Below, one piece after another: positions 13,001 through 24,992 of a stretch of 64,000 nucleotides of DNA (its first letter is position 1; each line of letters opens with the position of its first letter). The translations under genes and the position numbers were made by a program. Source of the DNA: Callorhinchus milii (lineage: Eukaryota); NCBI RefSeq assembly GCF_018977255.1, contig NW_024704743.1, positions 107,324,001-107,388,000 on the forward strand, in the 5' to 3' direction. The notes beneath the pieces were generated by a model that ran no database searches, had not been told where the DNA came from, and saw only the letters and a list, made by a program, of their open reading frames with translations.

Positions 13001-15516
13001 AGCAATGATGTATCATTAACACACAGCAGCTGTATCTGAACTGATGCCATGAACATAACGGCCTTTTATAGCCATCAAGGGAGTGCAGATAGGGGTCCAT
13101 TATTAACCACTAAATGTGATTATAACGTTATGTGACCTGTACTTTCAAAATAGGCCCATTTGTTCAAATGTGACCGTTTCCTCAAAAGCTAAAATGTGCA
13201 CAGTTAATGTTGCAAGAATATTTTTAGACATTGATTTAGCAAAAAAAAAGGCTCTAGAGTTTGAAATCCATAAAGGATTGAATGTTTTTTTTAAAACTTA
13301 GTGAAAAAAGTCATAAGAGGTGATACAAGTTATTAGTAATGATATGATGGGAACAGCACAATGCATCATTTACTCAGAAGAGTAAACTCCTACTTGCAAC
13401 AGTCAAATTCTTACAAGAAATCATTAAACAACACTGAACAAATCGCCAGCATTCTACAGTACAAAGAACAACAGGACTCAATGTTATCAGTAACCAGAAT
13501 TTGCTAGAAAGATATTGCACTGGCAAGTTAAAAACTACTCACTCACAACAGACAAGCTAATGTAATTCTGAGGGTTGTGTTGACCAAAAAACTAATCGAT
13601 TGTGTATAGCAAAGTAACATTGTTGCTGGGGTGATTGGAGAAGCATTGTCGTTAACTCTTAACTACTAAAAGGTTTTGTGTGCTTGCATTGAATGATTTG
13701 TGTAAAACAATTTATTAATTCATGAATTATAGATTTCATTCATTCAAATGAAGACTGAGTTATTACTATAGATAATTACATTATAAACAAAGGAGACCTG
13801 GGAGCGAGTTATACTGTAATCCAGCCTTGAGCTCCAGATAATATGACAAACCCATGAGGCACTTTAAAATGTGAAACAAACCTCAAGGACAAGATGTCAG
13901 TTTTGAGCTCACTTACTTATATCTGTTGCTTTCATTCTTAAAAATATACCGTAATATTACACATCAGGGTTTAAGGTCCATTTCTCAATGCAGAATGTTA
14001 AAACCTTTTTTTAAAACAGAAATACACTCTAAAGTACCTTATCACATGTAATGCAATAGAAAATGGATGCAAGCTCAAGTATATCCTCGAGCAAATATTA
14101 TTTACAGATGTGAGGTTGTGTGTGTTATACATGAGTGTGCTTTACATGCGGGTGTGCTTTTTACAGTATGTGAAAAATTAAGAGTATTGCTTTGCATATT
14201 TGTGAATGACTTTTCTGCATTTCAATGTTGTTTATGTCTCTGAAAGATAATACTTGCAGTCCTTGATGTGTGATGCTGGCCACAAAAGTGTATTTATGAA
14301 AACTTTGTGATGTCATGCCATGACTACTGTACAGAATTACCTATTTTGTGGCATTCTGGAGAACTTATGGATATTTATCATGCTCTGTGCTTGTCGCAAA
14401 CTGAAATAAGATAATAGGTACACCTTTATTAACTCAGCTCTGCCCAAGGTAAATTTTATTATTAGATCTAAGTGATCCATAAAATTCAATTAACTCACGC
14501 TTCATACAAAGTTACCATTAAAAAGTGATATCAGAAATGATCAATAAAAAAAGTACAAAGGTTCTATTTTAATCTTTGTGCTGAAATGTATTACTACCTC
14601 ATAACGATTGGAGCTGAATTACATAATTCCATTATACTCCATAAATAATGTCCCTCAAACTAAATGTGCATTATCTGACAGAGATGAATGGGGTGTGAAA
14701 AATTAATGGAACTGTTGAATCCATACAACTTACAGCTTTGTGGGACACTAGGACCACCAGTTTAATTTCCTTTGCTACTGTCTTACAAATACAGACATGG
14801 AAATGAGGATATTTCGTCTCTTCTGCTCCAAGCTCTTGAAAGGTCCCCCTTGTTTGTCCTGCAGCCTGACCCATATGCAACAACATACCATCCATTTTTG
14901 TCTGTTTGCACAAGAGATGCCTCGCACAGTTGCCATAACATAGCCCTGTTTGCACTGCACTCTCACTGACGGTGCTCCAACGGGCACCAGCTCCGAAGAG
15001 TAAGTTTAACACTGTTCCAGACACACACACACACACACACTATCATTGGGACCACCGCAAGCAGCGCTGAGCACAATGTGAGCAAGTGCATTGCGAACCA
15101 GAGCAAACTGACCCCATCACCTCTCCCAGTGTGTACTCTCTCCTCCCCACACCCCCCCACACCCCCACTCCCCCATCCCAGACTTCAGCACAACATTAAA
15201 AACCTTAAGTCCACGAAACCCGAATCGAATTTCCCCACTTTGCTACACGAGATCCAGCTCAGCATCCAGAGCCATCTGCAGAAAATAAAAGTATCTTCGC
15301 TTTCTCTCAGCCCTACGCTCTCAAGCAACACATCACACGCAGCACAGAGAGAGAGAGAGACAGAGACAGAGAAGAGAGAGAGAGAGAGAGAGTTATTTCG
15401 GAGTACCAGAGATTTGAAACTGTTAAGAAAGACAACTCTTAGCCACTGGCAGGACATGTCACATCCATCAGCCCGACCTGCTTCAGCCACAGATTTCTGA
15501 CACAAATGAAAGCTGC

Positions 15517-15590
15517 GGGTGATGGGGTGGGGGGGGGTGATGGGGTGGGGGGGTGATGGGGTGGGGGGTGATGGGTGGGAGGGGGGGGGG
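15517..15590 (+). repeat. G-rich tandem repeat (GGTGATGGGGT(G)n) x4, potential G-quadruplex
   Basis: Directly visible; more than eight G-tracts of at least 3 G with 1-4 nt loops. Confidence 0.85.
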
Positions 15591-16094
15591 TACCAGTGGC
15601 AACTAGTTTATTGAGAGATCAATGCAGTTTGAAGCCCGGCGCCTCGAGCAACCTGTGATGAAGGCGAAAGTAAGCAGCAGGGAAACAAAACATAGTAAGG
15701 TGGAGAGTACAGTACATATACAGTAGTAGTAGGTGGTCTGTGTGTGTGTGTGTGTATGTGTGTATGTGTGTGAGTGTGTGTGTCCCCCCACTTGACATCC
15801 CAGTCAGCTTCGGTGGGGCTTCCAGTGAAACAACACCGCCAGAGCCCAAACTCCTCAGTTAACCACTGTCCTTAAGCAAAAGAGTCCAATCTCCACCAAA
15901 CTGTTTGCTCACAGCCCAACCAGCACTTGGCACTTTCACACCAGCTCTTCCTGTAGCCCAACAGTGCAACAATACAATCTGCAAATATACACATATAGTC
16001 TTTATATGTATATATATATATAGAGATATATGTATATATATATATATGCACATATATATTATACTATTTTTTAAAAAAAACTGAAGTAAATCAC

Positions 16095-16196
16095 CTTATT
16101 GCAATAGTATGGGTCTAAGCAGGGTGCAGGTCCCAGGCAGGGAGTATCTGTGGAGATGTTGGCTTGAGCAGCCTGTGGATAAAACCTCACGTCCAT
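16095..16196 (-). CDS. TOX: TOX (thymocyte selection-associated HMG-box protein), first coding exon, 34 codons
   Basis: Translates to MDVRFYPQAAQANISTDTPCLGPAPCLDPYYCNK. This matches the vertebrate TOX N-terminus (MDVRFYP...PCLGPSPCLDPYYCNK) rather than TOX2 or TOX3. Strong start context (gaaATGG), followed directly by a donor site AAG|GTGATT, phase 0. Confidence 0.95.
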
Positions 16197-16960
16197 TTCA
16201 ATGATTTGTTCTGGGAACACATCAAGCAGCTCCCTCTCTTTTTTTTTCTTTCTCTCTCTCTCTCTCTGGTTTGTTTGTTGGTCAGAGCAACAACAACACA
16301 CACACACACACACACACACAAAAAGAGAGTGAAAAGCAAAAGAGAGAGAGAGAGTAGAAGAAGAAGAAGAAGAAACAGGAGAGGGGAGGAGAGACACCTT
16401 CTCTGCCTCACATCCGTTTGTGGTCTCTGCAGTAAAGAGAACTCTTCCAAAAAAAAAAGCACTCACTCACTCACTCTCTCTCTCTGTCTCTGTCTCACAC
16501 ACACACACACACACACACACAGTGCAGCACAGTTCTGTAGTTGTTTCTATCTCCGAAAGAAAACTGCTCTGGAGTCCCGAATAAATGTCTGTTATTACAA
16601 AGTCAGGTCAATGGCAACACTTTTCTCGCAGTTGCAGGAAATTTCTTGACTGTTTTTCTCGTGCACACACACACCCACACCCACAGACACACGCACAGAC
16701 ACAGACACACGCACAGCGAAGGAGAGACGCGCTGCTGTCCTGCTCGGGCTCCTCTGTAGCGGGAGGTGCTCGTCCATGCGCTTCGCAGTGAGACAGAGAG
16801 AGCACGAGAGGGGCTCCGAGCGGCTCTCACCGCACACAAAGAAAAGAGAGCCGAGCCCCGCAGTGCCCGCGAGCGGCCGCCCGGGGGCGCTCTCACCGCC
16901 CCATCAGGCGCACCTCCTGCTCAACCGCACAAAGCCATGCATTCTCTTCCCTGCCTAACA
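16197..16960 (-). promoter_or_regulatory. TOX 5'UTR and CpG-rich proximal promoter
   Basis: Immediately upstream of the ATG. 16690-16930 is the most CpG-dense stretch in the window (e.g. cccgcgagcggccgcccgggggcg), with interleaved (CT)n, (CA)n and (GA)n tracts. The transcription start cannot be fixed from sequence. Confidence 0.7.
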
Positions 16961-18364
16961 AGTGGTTTGTTTTCATGTTCATGCCAGTGGGCTGTGCTCT
17001 GAGGGGCATTGTTAAAATGTCTCAGCAGAACCTACTACCTCTCTCTCTCCTTCTCTCTCTCTCTCTCTCTCTCTCCTCTCTACCCTCACTCCAACACTAA
17101 ATGAAACACATTCATTCTCATGTTCCGACCGCCAAGCTCACGGAGATAGGAGTTCGGAGGGGAAAAGGCTCTTGAACTGGCTTTGAGGCACTTGCGAGGC
17201 TTCAGAAATGCTTGTGGTGCACGGCTAAGGCGTGCTACGGCGCAGGGAGATTTTATTTCCAATTTTCTCCTCTTCCCCTGCCTCTACTTTATATGCTGAC
17301 CTGAGTTGGCAGTAGGTTCTGTGGTAGGATCCGATACCCTGTCCAGGCGGCTGTTCTTCATGTGTCAGTTTACAAAATGTGGGCCTTAGCGTTGCCAGGC
17401 TACTTGGCCATAGCGAGCATGGCTCTGCCCTCACCCAATCTCCGTGTGGACACAGCAGGGAGTGTCCCTCCAGGGAGAGAGCGAGCGCTCCATCGCAAAC
17501 ACAGGGACATTTCCGTTCATAGGTGCAGTGCGTATATGGAACTCTCATTTTGATTTGGATACACTAATCATGATGATGGGTTTCCATATGTGTCAGACAA
17601 TAGGAAAAGTAGAGTGCCAACTGCTACTACTTTTCTAAATTGGGATGGATACAGGATCAAAGATAAGGCTCCTAATCTGCACAGCTCCATACTAAACTAC
17701 AGAATGCTATTACCCACTGAGTTAATAATGCAGTCAGTTACGTAATACCTAAATGTAGGAACCAAAATAAACTAGCTTCCTAGGATCCCTTTCTCCGCTT
17801 GATGTTCTGGATTAAGGTGGTTCCCCCTCCCCCCACCACCTCCATTTCATCTGGCCCACACGCTCCCTCCATAACATGTACGTATTATGTTATGTTTCTG
17901 GAAAGAAAACACAAAAATATTGCTGTGAGCCTATGAACATTTCTCAAACAGGGCATCCGGCCCTTGGCAGCCAAAAGGCTGGACTATCCTGTGGGTGAAT
18001 CATCTGCCCTTTTCACAATCTTAGATCCTGGTCACTGTTGTTGTATGAAGGTTTTTATAGAAGCATATTTCTTTAAGGATGCAACCAACTCCTTAATTGT
18101 CCACCTACCTCTCAATCATTTCTGCTTTCATTCTTTATCCTCATACAAATCTACTTCCTGGTACCTGTGAATTCCCCTTTAAAAGTACATCTGCCCTTGT
18201 TATATCTCAGAGTTTCCTTTCAAAATACTCCTTTCCTCAAAGTGTGTGTTACTCCACTTGTCTGCTTTCCTAAATCCATGCTCAGTTATCAGAGTGTTTA
18301 TACTTTAAAGCACTCCAAGACATTATTCGACATGAAGGTCACCCTACAATATCCCTTTATATAA

Positions 18365-19180
18365 GTGCTGAGATTGATAGATTTCTTGTTTCTTTATTTC
18401 TTGATAAAGGGATTAAGGGATATGGGGATAAGGCAGGTAGGTGGAGTTAGAATAGATCAGCCATGATGTTATTGAATGGCGCGGCAGACTAGAGGGGCCG
18501 AATGGCCTACTCCTAATTCTTATGTTCTCATGTTCTTGCTTGGAAAGTCCTTCTGATGTGAAAGGCGCTATATAAATGTAATTTTGATGTTGTTTAAAAC
18601 ATCTTCCCAAAGCGAAAGGGAAACCCTCCCTTTCACTTCAGGAGGATATTTTAAAGTTCTTGACAATTAAACCTGGATACCGAAGTTGAGGGTCGGATTT
18701 GAGAAGGGGAAAGATGACCTAAAGTGCAATTAAAGAGGAACAATTTGAGGTGTACTTGAAAGAGGGGAGGGAGGAAGAAAAAGTAGGGTGAGCTGGGAAA
18801 GTAGGGTACCAGAGAGCAGGCACTACGTGGCTGAAAGCCTGTCTGACAATGGTGAAGCTGACAGAGAGGGGGATGTGGAGTTTAAAAGCAAGTTATTATT
18901 GTTGTTGTACTTCGTGAAGCACGATTATGAATGGCTACAAATCCTGCATGCTTTGGAATGTAAATAACTAATAAATAATATCTACATTTAGTAGGGTGCC
19001 TTTCACATCTGGAGGAAGTCTCAAAGCACTTCACAGAATATATTAAAGTGCGTTGACGAGTGATTATGTTTCTTGGACGAAACATAGGAGCACAGAAACG
19101 GCCATTCAGCTATTCCAGCCTGTTCTTCCAGTTTATGAGATCATGGCAGATCTTTTAATCCAATCTCCGCAACTATTGGC
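18365..19180. mobile_element. Cluster of 3'-end fragments: CR1 (+, 18365-18537), L2/SINE tails (18546-19080), CR1 (-, 19081-19180)
   Basis: CR1 end GATCAGCCATGAT..TTGAATGGCG..GGGCCGAATGGCCTACTCCT..TTCTTATGTTC; L2-type GTGAAAGGCGCTATATAAATG. Confidence 0.75.
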
Positions 19181-20306
19181 TATGATGGGAGGGGTAGCGG
19201 GGCTGGGATTCCATCATGAAAGGCAATAGAAACAGAATGGGTGAGGATCAGGCTCCTATGACAAGCTGCCATTCCTTAGTGACTTGTAAATAACTTGTTA
19301 AATAACTTAACAAGTCAATTGGTTATTACAGTATTAGGATATTCTAAGTAACTGTGGGAAGAACTTTTGGGAAAAATTGTTTGGATATTGAATAATTTGC
19401 TTCTAAAACACTTCAAGCAATATTACTATACAATCTAAAATTGCTAAGATTAAGAAAATGCGTATTACAATGGAACCATTTTACTTGATTTTTCTTAGTT
19501 ATTAATCGTAGCAAGGCATCTAAAATTAAATGTATCAGTAATGTGACTCCAGTTATAGCACACGCAAACCTTGAGGACAAAATGTGATCTGTCCATCTGC
19601 CTCATCCCTATTAATGTGTGCAGCTGTACATGTGTAATTGATTTTCATTATATATTAGATCATTCAGGATATACAGTAATTATGTTTAATATAAATAATG
19701 CAGCCATTTTAATACTGTTCTAATTTTAATAAAACATTAATAGATGTGCTATTATGTTACATACACAAGAAATTCTACTGTCATTTTAAGAAGATAGACA
19801 TTATTCGGTATGTTATTTGTCGTGCGTACGGTACATTGTAAATTGTGCTCTCACTTTAAGTATATGTAGTATCAACGAGCATGGATTTTTAATATTATAC
19901 AATGTAAACAATCATGCAATGTGTCTTCTGATTATACAGAGTTCCTTTGTGCTAATATAAAAGTGGATTGATTTTAGTTATATATTTATAGAAGAATTCT
20001 TCTTTTTAATAAATTCTAAGTATCACAATAGTAATAATGCAATTTAGATTTGTAATAATCTTGTTGTACAATTAAAATTAAATTTATTTCACATATTGTT
20101 AATGAAATTCTAGGTATTTTATTGTTATTGCTTTGATGTAAAAGAAATTGTACCCATTGCGATCACATTTGTTTTAATTATGTTTTCATGTTGTTTTAGT
20201 TAAATGCATCAAAAATATAATCAAATCTTTACGAGACCCTGTTAATGGTAACAGATTTTTATAGATTATATTTGCGAGCTATATTTAATAATATTAAGAG
20301 ATGCCA

Positions 20307-20590
20307 ATAATACAATGCAACACAATTTACATTTGTGTAACGTCTTTCACATCTGGAGGACATCTCAAAGCGCTTTACATGCTGGCTGGGCAGCTGAGTT
20401 TGGGGGTGGGGTGGAGTTGCTGAAGGTCAGTGAGGGGAAGGATGACTGAAAGCGCGCTCAAAGAAATACATCTTTAGGTGGGTTTTGAAAGTGGGGAGGG
20501 AGGAAGGAGAGAGTCAGGAGGTCTCTAGGATGGAGTTCCAGAAAGCAGGGTCGGAATGGCTGAAAGCTCGCTCACTGACATTGGGGCGAA
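20307..20590 (-). mobile_element. L2 3' fragment
   Basis: Similar to the 3' ends at 2059-2300 and 22697-22960. Confidence 0.7.
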
Positions 20591-22559
20591 TAGTGCAAAC
20601 ATTCACCTGTCCACTGAGTATAGCTGGGGCATAGGCTTTAATTTTATCATGTCACGCAGATGATATTAATTACATTTGTAAATTTAATTACAATATAAAT
20701 TATATTTGTGTGGTCTTCATTAAATTACCTTTTTAAGGCTTGCAGTGTTAACAGATGCATTCATAAGAAATGTGTATATATCGAATTAAATGTGTTGAAG
20801 AATGATCCTTACATTTGCCAATTTAGAACTCAGATTTCTAAATTGTCAAATGTACAAATTTTCACACGCATTTCTTCCCCTAAAATAAGAAGCCTAAAAT
20901 TTCAGCTTGCCTTAACTTGTAAGTAGGTGTAAAACATTAACAAAATTGTGGAAAATGTTTTAATTTAGTTTGAATTTGGAAGCCGGTTTCTTTTTAAGAA
21001 CTGCAGAAAACTATTTCCCAAAATAAGACTAAATTTAAGAATTGTTTACAATCTTGGTTCTTGCAATATCTTAAATTTTAAGATAAAATATTCTTACAGA
21101 TTAAGGAATTTCAATCCTAAAATGTTTCTGGAAATCTGATAATCCTTTATTTTGTATTAAGAAATATTGCAAATTAGATTCTTGTGTAAAGTTAATGAAA
21201 TGTTAATTCGCTACTCTCCTTTCTATGGCCATGCTCTCGATCATTGTGTATCTCATCCTGTCTCTATATCTTCCCCTATCTCCCTGTCAATCCACTTCCT
21301 GTCCACCCTACTGCAATTTGTGTGCCCAACATTGTCTGGGGAGTGGGGGGAGGGTGCATAACTCAAGTCTACAAGGTCAAGCTGGCTCTAAGCCGACATA
21401 CCTAGTGGAGGAGGATTGGAGTGGAGTCAGTTGTGTGTTATGGACTGTGTGATTCGATCCCTGAATCAGGCAGGTCTAGGCAGTACTGCAAAGCAAGATT
21501 GGGGATTGACCAGACTGCCTGGATCACCAATGAGATTTTGAGCATTTGATGTATCACTGGGGAACAAGATTTTCTCCATTCTCCTGCTGTTAACCCTGCA
21601 TACTGTGTTTTCATAGGTTTAGCAGTTCAGTCTGGACAAGCAGTGGAAAGCTTATTGCTGTGTTATATTGGTAAGAAAGGAGGTTTTTCGAGGTCCAATT
21701 CGAACCATTCCCCAATGCATAATTACATGCCCACAGTGGCTTGGTTTCTGCCAGCCTGGGTTCTCTGACATAGGCAGGTGGGGTTTCTATCTGTCACCCC
21801 TCTCAGATCTACCTCTCTTAACCAACGGGAGGGACTGCAGATCTGGCAAACAGAATCTTTGCCTCTCTGAGCTCTTGGCAGTGTGCATGAAAGAGACATA
21901 TATATATTATATCACATGAATTGCTGAAAAGTGACTAGTGACTGGGTCATTTTTTAGGTGAATTCCTTTAATGTCCACCTGAACATGAAGGGATTTAAAG
22001 TCTCATTCAAAGGACACTTCCTCTGACAATGAAGCACTCCCCCAGCATTGTTTAGGAATACTAGACAATATTTATCAGTGTTACAAATGAGGACATGTCA
22101 GACTTACAGTAGCTATATTGTTTTATTTATATATAATATATATATAGAGAGAGAGAATGTGTGTATGCTTTGAAAAACTGCAGATAGAGAGACGGAAAAT
22201 ATCCAGTGTAGAAGAGTGATGGATAGAGATTACATGGTGAGAGACAGAGATAGAGTGCTGAAAAAGAACTCGTGTATGTGAAAAGAGAAAATTCAGAGTA
22301 AAGGGAAAGTTAAGAGAGCAGATAAAACAGTGTGCCAAGTATATAGAGAGTACTACCATCGAGTATTGACTAGTTAGAATGAGTTTCCAGTTTCTAGCTA
22401 AGATAGAATGAGCAATTTCAGTATTTCAGATAGTTTCATTGTTTAAATTATGAAAATAAAATGAAGATTGTAGCCCTGGAGCCCTTCATCATTGATTTCT
22501 TTCATGAATTGTTGTCCAGTTGTGAAAAACAATACATGTAACTCTAAGCCTGACATGTC

Positions 22560-22696
22560 CTCCCGTGTAACACTGACAAATATAGTCTAAGCTGACACTC
22601 CCAAACAGTGATGGGGGGGTGCTGCATTGTCAGATTAGCTGTCCTTTCGATGAAACTTTAAATCCCTTCCCCGTTGCCTGATCAGGTGGATGTTAG
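22560..22696 (+). mobile_element. Deu-domain SINE interrupted by an L2; its tail appears to resume at about 23730-23822
   Basis: GTGCTGCATTGTCAGA..GTCCTTTCGATGAAAC..TAAA...TCAGGTGGATGTTA resembles the Deu domain of AmnSINE1/SacSINE1. Confidence 0.65.
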
Positions 22697-23722
22697 CAAC
22701 AAAACCATTACATTTATAAAGCGCCTTTCACGTTGGGAGGACATCCTAAGGTGCTGGACAGTCAGTGTTTTGGACCTGGCCTAGGGGTCAGGATTGGGAA
22801 GGGTGGAGGGCAGGGTGGGGCAGCAGGGTGATCAAAAGCATGGTTGAAGAGGAAGGTCTTGAGATGGGTCTTGAAGGAGGTACAGGGAGGGGCCAAGGTG
22901 GAAGGACTGCAGAATGGAGTTCCAGAGGGTGGGAGCAGAGTGGCAGAAGGCCCGCCCGCCAATGGTGGGGTGGGCCAAGCGGTGGACATGAAGCAGGCCG
23001 CAGCTTGCTAAGCGGAGGGAGCGGGCAGGTCGGTAAGAGATTAGGAGGTCGCAGAGGTAGCGGGGAGCAAGGCCATGGAGGGCTTTGAAGGTGAGGACCA
23101 GGATCTTGAACTATATCCTCTGTGTGATGGGAAGCCAGTGGAGTCGGGCGAGGATGGGGGTGATAGGGTCACAGAGCCTGGTGCGGAAGAGGACATGGGC
23201 TACAGAGTTATGGATGATCTGCAGCCTATGGAGGGAGGAGTTGGGGAGGCCGACAAGCAAGGAGTTTGCATAGTCAAGCCTCAGTGTAATCAGTGTGTGT
23301 ATGAGGGTTTCGGCGGCCTGCGGTGTGAGACGGTGGTGGAGCCGGGCGATGTTGCAGAGGTGGGGGTAGGCAGAACAGTCAAGGCATGGATGTGGGGTAG
23401 AAAGGATAGTTGAAGGTCAAACAAGATGCCAAGGTTCCCAACTGGCTTAGCAAGGTGGAGTGTGCATCCATGAATGGTGATGCTGTCAGCGCCTGAGGTG
23501 TGAAGGTGCTGACGGGAGCCAATCAGGAGAGCCTCGGTCTTGTTGACTTTCAACCAAAGAAGTTCTTATCTAGGACTTTTAGTGTCTGACAGACATTCTG
23601 TCAGGAGAACAGTGGTCCTGGAGTCAAGGGTGGAGGCAGAGAGATAGAGTTGGGTGTCATCCTCATACATGTGGAAGTTGACCCCATGTCTGCGGATGAT
23701 GCCATCAAGGGGGAACATATAG
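22697..23722 (-). mobile_element. L2 LINE, 3' 1 kb, frameshifted
   Basis: GVNFHMYEDDTQLYLS (degenerate YADD), KTEALLIG, NLGILFD..LSF.PHI; L2 tail. Confidence 0.92.
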
Positions 23723-24812
23723 ATACAGTCACCTAAAAATAGACAGTCACTGGTCACTTTACAGTAAATCCTGTAGACATTTCCATGAGACATTTTGATA
23801 AATGCAAGGATGTTTTTTATTATAAACTTTCAGGGCTCTGCAAAGATTCTGTACTTTTAGTCCTCTTCCGTCATAACCAGCCAGCATTCAGTTTTCCAAT
23901 GTTGGACCATGTTCCATGTCTCCAGGTCCCAAATAGAGTGGAACAGGACCGACGTCTCCTTCCAATTGCAGCTAAAGTACCCAAACACTGAGATTCAAAA
24001 AGCCTAGATTATAGTCTCTCCAGCTGTGACCATACTCTCTGTTTGTAGTCGTGCCAGATCCAGATTCCATTCCACAGACCCCAGCAATCCAGGCTTCCGT
24101 CCCTAACTAACAAATGCTTGCTAATCATGTTCCCATTCACGATAATAGATAGCTACTGATTCACTTCCCCTTTTCCACATTTCCCAGCTGTCATTATTTT
24201 GTGGTAGAATTACTTATTTTGTGGAGGAAATCCTGAAATCTTGCCAGATTTGTGTGGAAGTTTCAAAATGAACTTTTAAAACTCGGAGGGTAAAATTAAA
24301 AAAANCTGCCAAATCCTTTCTGGGCTCAGATCAACAAAACTCAAATCTACCATATGGATGTCAGGCCTGTGAATGTCTGATAACAGGTATAAAAACATTT
24401 ATGTCTATTGCAATATCTGCCGAAAACAGCCGATGGGACTTGACTGCATGAATATCCCTAATAATATGCTTAAAGATTTACTCACATCTCTTATACATTA
24501 TTTATGCACTTACTGTTGGGTATAAAAAGACAACATCTTATTTTTTCTGTAGACTACTTAACATCAATCATTTTTACTACTGCCCTAACCATAGTGTTCT
24601 AGACTTTTGAAAAGTTATGAATGTTCTTGTGTTTTATTTTACAGCTAATAAGCAATGGTGGCCTGAAGATCCACACTTTGTGGTCAGTCAGGTAAAACAA
24701 AATCACCATTCTTAAGGGTATCCAAACCAGACTGAGAGTTCCACATGTATATGCATGTAAAGAAGGCATGCTCTCTTTTCCTGGAAGGCTGGAATCTGTA
24801 TACCTAACTCTC

Positions 24813-24992
24813 CAACAACAACTCGCACTTATATAGCACCCCTCATGCTTGACAGTAGCAGAGCTTGACGCCGAGCCGGGGGGAGAAGGAGGTGACTATA
24901 GGCACTATCGAACAGGAAGGTCTTCAGATGCGACCTGAACATGGGGAAGGAAGGGGCAAGGTGGAGGGATAGAGAAAGAGTGTTCCAGAGTT
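24813..24992 (-). mobile_element. L2 3' fragment
   Basis: LWN.L...FRSHLKTFLF peptide, GGTGCTATATAAGTG and (GTT)n tail. Confidence 0.8.

Larger units (their letters stand above)
1..16094 (-). other. TOX: TOX intron 1 (partial, runs off the left end of the window)
   Basis: Lies downstream of the exon-1 donor. No exon-2-like peptide (FDGENMYMSM...) was seen on the minus strand. TOX has a long first intron in other vertebrates. Confidence 0.75.
15020..17080. repeat. Microsatellite cluster around TOX exon 1
   Basis: (AC)n 15020-15040, (AG)n 15346-15391, (TG)n 15738-15783, (TA)n 16003-16060, mixed CT/CA/GA/AAG 16234-16375 and 16460-16520, (CT)n 17040-17080. Confidence 0.9.

Noticed and set aside
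16071..16466. 131-aa ORF containing the TOX peptide, read as a longer N-terminus
   Set aside because: The extension begins at a non-ATG codon and is translated microsatellite; homology starts at MDVRFYP and ends at the splice donor.
16517..16545. CACAGTG heptamer as a V(D)J recombination signal
   Set aside because: No ACAAAAACC-like nonamer at 12 or 23 nt; it arises from the end of a CA repeat.
14671..17638. Many overlapping 60-160 aa ORFs around the promoter
   Set aside because: Explained by dinucleotide repeats and high GC; low-complexity peptides with no recognisable domain.
24305..24305. Ambiguous base n (another at 50561)
   Set aside because: Assembly ambiguity at the end of an A-run, not biology.
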